DNA of 64,000 bases from positions 17,327-81,326 of IMG/VR virus record IMGVR_UViG_3300029374_000315. One strand, 5' to 3'. Made by a program: the position numbers and the translations under genes. The notes below the pieces were generated by a model that worked only from the letters and a program-made list of their open reading frames with translations, had not been told where the DNA came from and ran no database searches. Positions 56,409-64,000 of the stretch are shown here, in pieces; the stretch's first letter is position 1, and every line of letters starts with the position of its first letter. The DNA is from a virus.

Positions 56409-56733
56409 CAATCCTTTTGCAGAAGATGGCATCATTTCCTGCCAGTGCTGTGACAGTGGTGAATATCTCTTTAATGAAGATGGTAACCGTAATGGTTACT
56501 GTGGTAACTGCGGAGCTAGAATCGACTGGCCGGAAGATAAAGACGGTTGGAAGAATACAAATACTGACCTGCCGAAATATGGAGTGCTGTGCAAGATTAA
56601 ATATAAAGATGGTCGAGAGGATACGGCTGTTTTAAGTTCTTGTGTTGGATGGCATACTGAAGGCGTACTTAATACTCTTAAAGAGCCGGATTATTGGCGA
56701 TACATGATTGAGGAAGAGAAGAATGGGGCTTAA
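56401..56733 (+). CDS. zinc-ribbon protein
   Basis: CQCCDSG...CGNCG; internal start of ORF 56188. Confidence 0.45.
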   Translation: MINNPFAEDGIISCQCCDSGEYLFNEDGNRNGYCGNCGARIDWPEDKDGWKNTNTDLPKYGVLCKIKYKDGREDTAVLSSCVGWHTEGVLNTLKEPDYWRYMIEEEKNGA

Positions 56734-56951
56734 AGAACACAAAACCGGATGCGCTTTCTAAAATAATTGGTTCTATCGTATTAGTGACATCCCTATGGTG
56801 TATGACAAAGATACGCACGTTATGTATTACTTATTCAGTAAATACTTCGGAAATCAAGGCTACGGCTATATGTCTCCTTATTATAATGAGCACGGTCAGA
56901 TGTGCTATTACGTTGATGGTCAGATTATTCCTGTCGAGGAGGTGCTAATCG

Positions 56952-57152
56952 ATGCTGACTGAGATTGCTTGGCTTATGACCAAGGCTTATATTATTTTGA
57001 TTTTCACCGCAGCAACAATTCGCTCTGAGCAGATTCTGTATGATGCCTCTACATATATTTTTCGAGGTGATAAGAAAAATGGAATGTATGGCTGCATTGC
57101 GCTGAATATTTTTATCATCGTATGTGCAAGTATGTGGATGAGGTTTATTTAA
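56952..57152 (+). CDS. small membrane protein (two TM segments)
   Basis: AWLMTKAYIILIFTAA and CIALNIFIIVCASMWM hydrophobic helices. Confidence 0.4.
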   Translation: MLTEIAWLMTKAYIILIFTAATIRSEQILYDASTYIFRGDKKNGMYGCIALNIFIIVCASMWMRFI

Positions 57153-57153
57153 G

Positions 57154-57822
57154 ATGGGATATTTTGAAGATTATAGCTGGTGTGAACCAGAGGCAGAGTC
57201 TCAGGCTGACCAAATTGTATCTAGTGCAATTGAGCAACTAAAAAATCTTGTTTCTGATAGCGCTAAGACTACCATGAAAGAATATCAAGACTTGGAAACG
57301 AGAAAAATTAAACTTCAGCGTGAAGTCAATGAGCTTGAATACAAAAAACATAAGTCCGAAGAAGAACTTAAAGACCAGATTGCTTTATATAAGCGAATGG
57401 ACGAACATGATTTGCCAAAAGGCTTTGTAAATAAAATCGTTGGTGCGTTGATTGGTGATTTCAAAATTGGAGACGATGCTTGGACAATAGAAGCTAAGTA
57501 TAAGAGTTACGAGTGTCCATTATGTCATGGGAAAGGAGTTGTCTCTACAAAAATCAATGGAAGCATAGACCGTGATATTAAATGTCCTGAATGTAACGGA
57601 TATAAAAGAGTCTCAAATCTTTCCTACTATGCACAAAAAAGAAAGATTGCAAGATTTGATATAAGGCTTAATTTTAATAATCTTAACCAAATGTGGGTAG
57701 CCGACGAAGATCACATTATTTTTTGCGACGGAGATTATAACAGGTATGCAAATGGCCTTTATAAAACTGAGCAGGAAGCAATCGATGCAGCTGCTAAGAA
57801 GAACGCAGAGGTGAGTAAGTGA
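57154..57822 (+). CDS. hypothetical protein with CxxC..CxxC zinc ribbon and coiled coil
   Basis: CPLCHG...CPECNG; 222 aa. Confidence 0.55.
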   Translation: MGYFEDYSWCEPEAESQADQIVSSAIEQLKNLVSDSAKTTMKEYQDLETRKIKLQREVNELEYKKHKSEEELKDQIALYKRMDEHDLPKGFVNKIVGALIGDFKIGDDAWTIEAKYKSYECPLCHGKGVVSTKINGSIDRDIKCPECNGYKRVSNLSYYAQKRKIARFDIRLNFNNLNQMWVADEDHIIFCDGDYNRYANGLYKTEQEAIDAAAKKNAEVSK

Positions 57823-58373
57823 ATTACGCTAAAATTATTCCATGTGATATAGCAAATGGCGAAGGGGTGCGCGTCACATTGTTCGTACAGGGTTGTGACC
57901 ATCACTGCCACGGCTGTCAGAATCCTGCTACATGGGACCCGAATGGCGGTCAGCCATTCACGGATGAAACGCTTGATAAAATTGTAGATTTACTTCGACC
58001 TGATTATATTCAGGGGCTTACGCTTACTGGTGGAGATCCACTATATCCAGAGAACAGGGAAATGATTTGCAAAATTCTAATAAGAGTCAGACACGAGTTT
58101 GAAGGAAGCAAAGACATTTGGATGTGGACAGGATATACATGGGAAGAATTGATTCAACAGGCGGCAGAAGAATTGAAATATCAAACTATTCCGACAACGG
58201 TAACAATTATTCGAAACATAAACGTGCTAGTCGATGGTCCATATATCGAATCTAAACGAGATATCTCTTTGCCGTACATGGGGAGTTCCAATCAACGTGT
58301 AATCGGCTGTAATAAGAGTTTTGCTTTACGAAGACCAGTCCTTTGGTGGACTCCAGAAGAGAAAGGAAAATAA
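57819..58373 (+). CDS. nrdG: anaerobic ribonucleoside-triphosphate reductase activating protein (radical SAM)
   Basis: FVQGCDHHCHGCQNP matches NrdG CxxxCxxC cluster; GLTLTGGDP. Confidence 0.8.
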   Translation: MNYAKIIPCDIANGEGVRVTLFVQGCDHHCHGCQNPATWDPNGGQPFTDETLDKIVDLLRPDYIQGLTLTGGDPLYPENREMICKILIRVRHEFEGSKDIWMWTGYTWEELIQQAAEELKYQTIPTTVTIIRNINVLVDGPYIESKRDISLPYMGSSNQRVIGCNKSFALRRPVLWWTPEEKGK

Positions 58374-58374
58374 T

Positions 58375-58905
58375 ATGGATTTAGGAAATTACGAAAAGTT
58401 CCCGGATTGCGATTCTTTTACTACTATTTACCATCCAAACATTAAAATCAATAAACTGCACGAAGATGCTCATCTGCCGACTTATGGTTCTAAAAATGCT
58501 GCTTGCGCAGACCTTTATGCCTATATCGGTTTTGATGACGCAACGATGGTAAACAAGAATGGTGATCGCTGCATTATGATTCAGCCACATGAGACCGTTA
58601 AGGTACATACTGGTTTACGGATGGCTCCGCCGGAAGGTTGGTATGTCGCTATCTATGCTCGCAGCGGTTTGGCAACTAAGTTGGGACTTGCTCCTGCAAA
58701 CAAAACTGGCATTTGCGATCAGGATTACCGTGGAGAGTATATTGTAGCACTACATAATCATTCTAATATCCCTCAAATGATTACTCACGGTGACCGCATT
58801 GCTCAGATGGCGGTTGTTCCGTTCTGGCAGGCTGATTTTGAAGAAGTTTCCGAATTGGACGAAACTGAGCGTGGAGCCGGAGGGTTTGGGAGTTCTGGAA
58901 AGTGA
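58375..58905 (+). CDS. dut: dUTP diphosphatase
   Basis: dUTPase motifs YARSGLA, GICDQDYRGEY, GDRIAQ, ERGAGGFGSSG. Confidence 0.85.
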   Translation: MDLGNYEKFPDCDSFTTIYHPNIKINKLHEDAHLPTYGSKNAACADLYAYIGFDDATMVNKNGDRCIMIQPHETVKVHTGLRMAPPEGWYVAIYARSGLATKLGLAPANKTGICDQDYRGEYIVALHNHSNIPQMITHGDRIAQMAVVPFWQADFEEVSELDETERGAGGFGSSGK

Positions 58906-58912
58906 GGATACT

Positions 58913-59236
58913 ATGAAAGTATTTCACAAAGAATGTGATGGGAATACGGTTGGTTTTGCCTGTGTTGTTGATGGGGAGAATTTTATCGAAAAACGGTTTT
59001 CCTCGGAAAAAGAGACTTTAATGTATTGTATGGCATTGGAAGACCTTGGATATAAAGAAGTAGACGCGATTTTTCTATGTGCGTGGAACAAAGAAAAGTT
59101 GGCAAGAGAAGATCTTGAGAAAATTTGTAATGAGCGTGAAAGCTTTCAGAAAAGATTATTCTGTGCAACGCAAAAATTTTCAGAAGCTAGTAATGAGTTC
59201 GAGAAACATAAAGAAAGATATAATATCACAGAGTAA
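58913..59236 (+). CDS. hypothetical protein
   Basis: ATG after GTGAGGA. Confidence 0.45.
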   Translation: MKVFHKECDGNTVGFACVVDGENFIEKRFSSEKETLMYCMALEDLGYKEVDAIFLCAWNKEKLAREDLEKICNERESFQKRLFCATQKFSEASNEFEKHKERYNITE

Positions 59237-59249
59237 AGGAGAAATAATT

Positions 59250-59576
59250 ATGGCTAAGTATTTTTATGTTTATCACGTTAACGATGGCACCACTGATTGC
59301 ATCGTAAAGATGTTCAACACTGACTCTGTTGTCAACGGCAAAAGGGGTACTTATATCGCTGAGAAAAAGGTTGCATCCAGTGATCTGCAGGGCTTTACCA
59401 GTGGTATCAAGGCGGCAGGTTTTCAGCTGAATCAGGAACTCGCAAATGCTGATACTGCCGAACAGGAAGCAAAACGAATTCTGGCAGCTAAGATAGCCGA
59501 TTATCATGCCGCACGCGACGCATATACTGAGGCTGCCGATAATCTGAAAAAGGTAAACGCCAAGTTTGGTATCTGA
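59250..59576 (+). CDS. hypothetical protein
   Basis: ATG after AAAGGAGAAA. Confidence 0.5.
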   Translation: MAKYFYVYHVNDGTTDCIVKMFNTDSVVNGKRGTYIAEKKVASSDLQGFTSGIKAAGFQLNQELANADTAEQEAKRILAAKIADYHAARDAYTEAADNLKKVNAKFGI

Positions 59577-59612
59577 TACATAATCGCAGTGGTGGGTGGG
59601 AGGAATAAATAT

Positions 59613-59858
59613 ATGAAACGGAATGTTACAATAAATCAGACTCAAATTTGTAATTGCGATAACTGTACTCAAATTGGAATCATTCACAATGATGAAGCAT
59701 ATGTCATGCAAACAAGTTCTCCGAAAAGAGAAGGCCCAGCGGAATTTACATGCAGTATGCCTGAACAGAAACATTATTTAAAAAACATCCTTTACAAGAT
59801 TATAGAAAAACTAAATAGTCTTATTGGATGGACTATAGATGCGTTTAACGATATTTGA
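59613..59858 (+). CDS. hypothetical Cys-containing protein
   Basis: ATG after GGGAGGAA; CNCDNC. Confidence 0.45.
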   Translation: MKRNVTINQTQICNCDNCTQIGIIHNDEAYVMQTSSPKREGPAEFTCSMPEQKHYLKNILYKIIEKLNSLIGWTIDAFNDI

Positions 59859-59871
59859 TTAAGGAGGTTGT

Positions 59872-60090
59872 ATGAAAGCACATATTCAAGAAGAAAAGAA
59901 AACAGCTACATTAGAACTTGGCAAAGGAACGCTGTATCAAAATAAAGACGGCAAAATTTACAAGGTTTGCGACACAGAAGAATACAACAAGACGTATACT
60001 GACGATGAGATTATCAAGGTTGCTCTATCAGAAGAAAATATGATTCATGCGACGAACTTTTTTAACACACAGTTTGTATTTGCAGATTGA
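59872..60090 (+). CDS. hypothetical protein
   Basis: AAGGAGG RBS. Confidence 0.5.
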   Translation: MKAHIQEEKKTATLELGKGTLYQNKDGKIYKVCDTEEYNKTYTDDEIIKVALSEENMIHATNFFNTQFVFAD

Positions 60091-60101
60091 GGTGAAATGC
60101 T

Positions 60102-60335
60102 ATGATTATGGTTGTTCAACACAAAGGGACTCCAAAGAAAAAGAGATACGCTGCAAAATTTTCGTGCCAATGCGGATGTATATTTTGGGCTGATGACAAA
60201 GATATTAAACTTCCGAGTTATTCCGTTATACGAGAATACGCACCAGGCGTAAAACTGGCAAAATGTCCAGAATGCGGAGAACAAGTCGTTTCTTGTTTTC
60301 CAGCAGTTCCAAGAGAAAAGATTTTTGTGGATTGA
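60102..60335 (+). CDS. zinc-ribbon protein, paralog A
   Basis: CQCGCIFWADD...CPECGEQ. Confidence 0.5.
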   Translation: MIMVVQHKGTPKKKRYAAKFSCQCGCIFWADDKDIKLPSYSVIREYAPGVKLAKCPECGEQVVSCFPAVPREKIFVD

Positions 60336-60343
60336 GGTGCACG

Positions 60344-60643
60344 ATGGCTGTACGAATTGAAGTTCATGGTAAAGAAAGAGAAAAAATAAAATACTCAGTA
60401 GAGTTTAGATGCTCTAGCTGCGGTTGTGAGTTTTGGGTGGATGCAGATTCTCTCGGAGAGTTCAAGCCAGCCAATTATTGTGATTTAAAGTATAACTGCC
60501 CTGAATGTGGTTCTAGTTCTTATCCGGTTGATATTATGGAGAACAGCCGTATCTTTAGTGAGCACAAGTTGGAACCTGTGTTTTGGCAGATTATCGAATC
60601 TCCGTTTCATCGGTATTGCAGAATTTGCGATAAAGAAAAATAA
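60344..60643 (+). CDS. zinc-ribbon protein, paralog B
   Basis: CSSCGCEFWVDAD...CPECGSS; same architecture as 60102..60335. Confidence 0.5.
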   Translation: MAVRIEVHGKEREKIKYSVEFRCSSCGCEFWVDADSLGEFKPANYCDLKYNCPECGSSSYPVDIMENSRIFSEHKLEPVFWQIIESPFHRYCRICDKEK

Positions 60644-60712
60644 TATGCCAAAGCAAGCTTAATTTCAAGAATGTATGTTTTAAGAACTAGACTTTTATAA
60701 GGTGGTAAGAGT

Positions 60713-61204
60713 TTGACTAAGCAAATAGGCTATTATAAATCTGACTGGTACATTATGGGCATCGACGGAAAATATAACAACGCCTGTATCTCACATACAG
60801 AATCGCAGCTTCGATATACAGCTCCAAGGTCGCCAGAATGGACCATCAATGGATTGAGTTTTACTTACCTTAGAGAACATGGATTTGAAGATTATCCTGA
60901 ACTCTATGGTATTGTATTCTATGATATGGAGTGGTGGCGACGAAAACGCTATCCGGGTGACTTTTATGTAGAGATACCAATTTGCGATTTGTGTGCAGAT
61001 GCCTTTCATTTAAAATGGTGTTGTAAGGAATTTCGTGTACATCAGTGGTCTAACTTGAGGAAAGAAACAAAGTGGGTGAAAGGTAGAAGTAACTACACTA
61101 TTTGTGAGCTCGCCCATAAATTACCACATGAAGAGTTTGTTGAGTATTTGAAAGACAACGACATCTATATTGTAAATGAAAGTGGTGTTGAACTTGGATG
61201 GTAA
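60713..61204 (+). CDS. hypothetical Cys-containing protein
   Basis: 163 aa. Confidence 0.5.
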   Translation: MTKQIGYYKSDWYIMGIDGKYNNACISHTESQLRYTAPRSPEWTINGLSFTYLREHGFEDYPELYGIVFYDMEWWRRKRYPGDFYVEIPICDLCADAFHLKWCCKEFRVHQWSNLRKETKWVKGRSNYTICELAHKLPHEEFVEYLKDNDIYIVNESGVELGW

Positions 61205-61601
61205 TAACGAAAAACTCACTCTTGGAGAAAAGATCTTGCTTTTGACAGTCGGTGTGTTCATTACTTTTATTGTTGGATATTTTGTATGGGCGATTGGCGA
61301 CGGTATCTATCGTCATTATAATCCGATTGAGTGGACTGCCATTATTGAAGAACTGGAACCGGGCATCTACGGATATACATCTACTATGGTATCTAATGTT
61401 CCAGCAGAAAATTACGAGATGCTTACGGTTCTTTGCAATGGCACTTATATGAATATCAAAGGACATGTAAAAGTTGTATATGATAGCAACGCTCCATATA
61501 TCGAATATAAGTCAACCAATACTGTTAATGCTGACTCTGTAATAATTCATGTTCAAAAAGGACAGATAAAAAATAATGGAGTTAGTACAGTAACGAGGTG
61601 A
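61176..61601 (+). CDS. membrane-anchored hypothetical protein (start uncertain, possibly TTG ~61236)
   Basis: TM helix ILLLTVGVFITFIVGYFVWAIG; frame overlaps the end of the upstream gene. Confidence 0.4.
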   Translation: MKVVLNLDGNNEKLTLGEKILLLTVGVFITFIVGYFVWAIGDGIYRHYNPIEWTAIIEELEPGIYGYTSTMVSNVPAENYEMLTVLCNGTYMNIKGHVKVVYDSNAPYIEYKSTNTVNADSVIIHVQKGQIKNNGVSTVTR

Positions 61602-61804
61602 TTCTTATGAAAGAATTAGGGTTTTATAAAGACCAAACAGAATATTACAAAAGATCAATCGAATATCTACTGCACCATTATACTGATAGCTGTGGCATGT
61701 GTACGGCTAATTTAGATTGCAGTGAATGCGTTGTGAATGATTTTATCAATCAGCTACGAAATATTCTGTATAGTAGCAGCGAATATAAAGGAGAACATCG
61801 ATGA
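61598..61804 (+). CDS. hypothetical Cys-containing protein
   Basis: 68 aa. Confidence 0.45.
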   Translation: MILMKELGFYKDQTEYYKRSIEYLLHHYTDSCGMCTANLDCSECVVNDFINQLRNILYSSSEYKGEHR

Positions 61805-62199
61805 AAGAACTTGGATATTATATTATCTCTGCTGACTTATGTGGCATTGCTCCATACCGTAGAGAAATCTTTTATAAAAAAACTTTGCTACAATACGTTG
61901 AGAAGAATTCGATTGAAGAATATTCAGTAAAATTTTATAACAGAGATGGAGCTGGACGGCCAAGTTGGATAGGGGAGACAATTAAAAATCATTTTTATGT
62001 TACTATCCCGAATGTCGGTGGGCACTCTGAGACGGTAAAAATTAAAAGAAATAGTGACAGTTATATCGAACTGAAGAAACAATTTCGATACGTCTCTCCG
62101 AATAAAGTATCTACTGCGGAAATTATGCACGACTTATCTTTTGAGGAATTTTTAGAACTTGCACGAGATATGGGTTGCGATATCACTAAACGACCTTGA
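61801..62199 (+). CDS. hypothetical protein
   Basis: 132 aa. Confidence 0.5.
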   Translation: MKELGYYIISADLCGIAPYRREIFYKKTLLQYVEKNSIEEYSVKFYNRDGAGRPSWIGETIKNHFYVTIPNVGGHSETVKIKRNSDSYIELKKQFRYVSPNKVSTAEIMHDLSFEEFLELARDMGCDITKRP

Positions 62200-62231
62200 T
62201 AAAACTTGGATTTTAAAGAAAGGAGAGTTCG

Positions 62232-63164
62232 ATGCTTGTAAAAGATTACGGCGGTGAAATCGATTGGAATATCGGCGCGTTTTGCGGCCATGATGAAATG
62301 ATGTTTGATATTGACAAAGCTTGTAAAATGGCTTGTGAGAAAAATGGCATCAGATATGTGTTTGGCAGCATTTCCACAGTCTTGCAGGGTGGTCGTATCC
62401 CTCAGCAAAATCTTCCTGTGTCAGAAGTCTTATCCAGAGCAGATAAGTATAATGAACTTGGTCTTGGAGTTCGCCTGACATTCTCAAGTCCGTTTGTTAC
62501 ACGCGGCGATCTCGTTGATGAAACTTCAAATATTATGTTGCGGCACCTCGATCATAATAATCAGAATGGTCTTATAAACCGTAACGGCGTTATTGTTATG
62601 TCCGATTTACTTGCTGATTATATTCGCTACATGTATCCCAATCTTGAGCTGATTTCTTCGCAAGTAAAACCGTCTGTCGAAGTCGGTCTTGGGAATGATT
62701 CTGCTGAATATTATAACCGTCTGCTTGACCGTTTTGATATTGTCGTTGTGAATCCATTTAAGATCCATGACGAGCAGTTTATTAAAAACCTGCATGACCA
62801 TGATCGAGTAGAATTTATTGTCAATCACCGGTGTCTGCCGAATTGTCCCATGGCTGGCCGTCACTATCAGCTGAACACAAAGCTGGGTCAGGCTATTGTC
62901 AATGGTGATGATATTACGGAGCTGCAAAATCAGTTGGCGATAGTATATAACTATTGCGGCTCTACTCGAAATAGCAATCCTCTTCTGGGTACATCTATGA
63001 ATGAAGATGAAATAAAAATGTTGGTTTCACAGGGGTTTAAGCATTTTAAAATCGAAGGCCGCGAAAATAATATCATCTCGTTTGTGCGTGACCTTGGTGA
63101 TTATGTTTTTAATCACGAGATATTCGAGAGAGTCATTCATGCCATTACCGGTATGATGCTGTAA
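62232..63164 (+). CDS. hypothetical protein (310 aa; weak resemblance of EFIVNHRCLPNCPMAG to the peptidase-U32-family Cys signature)
   Basis: AAGGAGAG RBS; long ORF; motif match tentative. Confidence 0.5.
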   Translation: MLVKDYGGEIDWNIGAFCGHDEMMFDIDKACKMACEKNGIRYVFGSISTVLQGGRIPQQNLPVSEVLSRADKYNELGLGVRLTFSSPFVTRGDLVDETSNIMLRHLDHNNQNGLINRNGVIVMSDLLADYIRYMYPNLELISSQVKPSVEVGLGNDSAEYYNRLLDRFDIVVVNPFKIHDEQFIKNLHDHDRVEFIVNHRCLPNCPMAGRHYQLNTKLGQAIVNGDDITELQNQLAIVYNYCGSTRNSNPLLGTSMNEDEIKMLVSQGFKHFKIEGRENNIISFVRDLGDYVFNHEIFERVIHAITGMML

Positions 63165-63175
63165 GGAGGTTCACA

Positions 63176-64000
63176 ATGATTATTGATTGCAAATCTATTG
63201 CACAAGATATCAAAAATAAAATCAAGAATATTATCGCAGAAGCTAACGATGCTCCTGTTTTATATATTTATCAAGTAGGGGATAACCCTGCATCCAACGC
63301 TTACATTCGCGGCAAGCTGCGTGACTGTGAAGAGGTTGGAATCGAAGCAGAACTTATCAAATTACCAGAAGAGATAACCGAAGATGGTTTGAAAGATAAA
63401 ATACAAGAAGATTATAATTATGAAAACGCAGATGGTATTATCGTCCAGCTTCCACTGCCAAAACATATCGATCCTAAGAATATCATTATTCCAGACGAAC
63501 TTGACGTTGATGGTTTTAATTCTACATCCAAATTTCAGCCATGTACTCCGCTTGGCGTTATGAAGATTTTTGATTCCATCGGGTACGATCTGGATAGCAA
63601 AAATGTGCTTGTGTGTGGTCAATCTGATATCGTAGGTCGTCCGCTGGTCGATATGCTGATCGGGAGACACTGTAATGTGATCTCTGTTAATAGTACAGGG
63701 AGCTACATGAAGAATACTGCTTACGTTACAAAACTAGCAAATGTTGTCATCTCTGCGGTTGGAAAACGCAATTTTATTTCTCATATAGATCTATTCAACA
63801 CAGACGTCTGCATTGACGTTGGTATTAACTACGACGAGAATGGCAAGCAACATGGAGACTGCGCTGATGAGGTTTACAACATGAAAGATATTATGGTGAC
63901 CCCTCGTATCGGAGGTGTCGACCTTATGACCAGGGCGATGCTCTTATATAATGTGTGCGTGTCACGATACGGGTCGGAGAAGATGGAGGAGATTCTATGA
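63176..64000 (+). CDS. folD: bifunctional 5,10-methylene-tetrahydrofolate dehydrogenase/methenyl-THF cyclohydrolase
   Basis: FolD signatures GIIVQLPLPKH, LDVDGF, PCTPLG, GQSDIVGRP; stop at window end. Confidence 0.85.
   Translation: MIIDCKSIAQDIKNKIKNIIAEANDAPVLYIYQVGDNPASNAYIRGKLRDCEEVGIEAELIKLPEEITEDGLKDKIQEDYNYENADGIIVQLPLPKHIDPKNIIIPDELDVDGFNSTSKFQPCTPLGVMKIFDSIGYDLDSKNVLVCGQSDIVGRPLVDMLIGRHCNVISVNSTGSYMKNTAYVTKLANVVISAVGKRNFISHIDLFNTDVCIDVGINYDENGKQHGDCADEVYNMKDIMVTPRIGGVDLMTRAMLLYNVCVSRYGSEKMEEIL

Noticed and set aside
62232-63164. Peptidase-U32 assignment for the 310-aa protein
   Set aside because: Only a short Cys-containing segment (EFIVNHRCLPNCPMAG) loosely resembles the U32 signature. 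Insufficient for a functional call, kept as hypothetical.
1-64000. CRISPR arrays, IS elements/transposases, rRNA
   Set aside because: No spaced identical direct repeats, no transposase-like ORFs with terminal inverted repeats, and no rRNA-like segments were seen. The only recurring repeat is the 20-bp promoter/operator-like motif.

Overview
The window reads as a contiguous stretch of a tailed-phage genome, probably from a Firmicutes/Clostridia-type host. This is an inference from AT-rich, SD-led, tightly packed genes. All convincing genes lie on the + strand; no convincing − strand gene was found, and the − strand ORFs in the track are shadow ORFs.

Order along the window:
- ~9 kb of tiny early genes, many Cys4 zinc-ribbon mini-proteins and one tandem paralog triplet.
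- A regulatory/replication-initiation block: Bro-N antirepressor behind a palindromic operator, a minimal tyrosine recombinase, a DnaD-like protein, and a Cys-based phosphatase.
- A second run of small genes ending in a SleB-like cell-wall hydrolase.
- A MazF/PemK-like toxin with its own consensus promoter, followed by a degenerate recombinase-like gene.
- A 692-aa orphan protein.
- An island of 7 tRNAs: Leu-CAA, Leu-TAA, Pro-TGG, Gln-TTG, Leu-TAG, Gly-TCC, Met-CAT.
- A circularly permuted C5-DNA methyltransferase whose catalytic PC motif is split by an in-frame TAG and a frame change.
- A replication/recombination module: SSB-like protein, RecA-like ATPase, PAPS-reductase-like protein, DnaB-like helicase, Toprim primase, DHH/RecJ-like nuclease, HAD-like and metallophosphatase enzymes, MazG, DnaE-type Pol III alpha, RecD2-like helicase, ATP-dependent ligase.
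- A nucleotide-metabolism module: ThyX, DUF3310-like protein, class III RNR NrdD carrying a LAGLIDADG intein, NrdG, dUTPase, FolD.

Two SPFH/flotillin-family proteins, each preceded by tiny hydrophobic peptides, flank nrdD.

The most striking non-coding signal is a ~20-bp motif (consensus AGCTATATAACACAGGATAC) present 7 times in both orientations at transcription-unit starts. Two copies coincide with perfect TTGAC(A/T)-N17-TATAAT promoters. One inverted pair brackets the mazF module.
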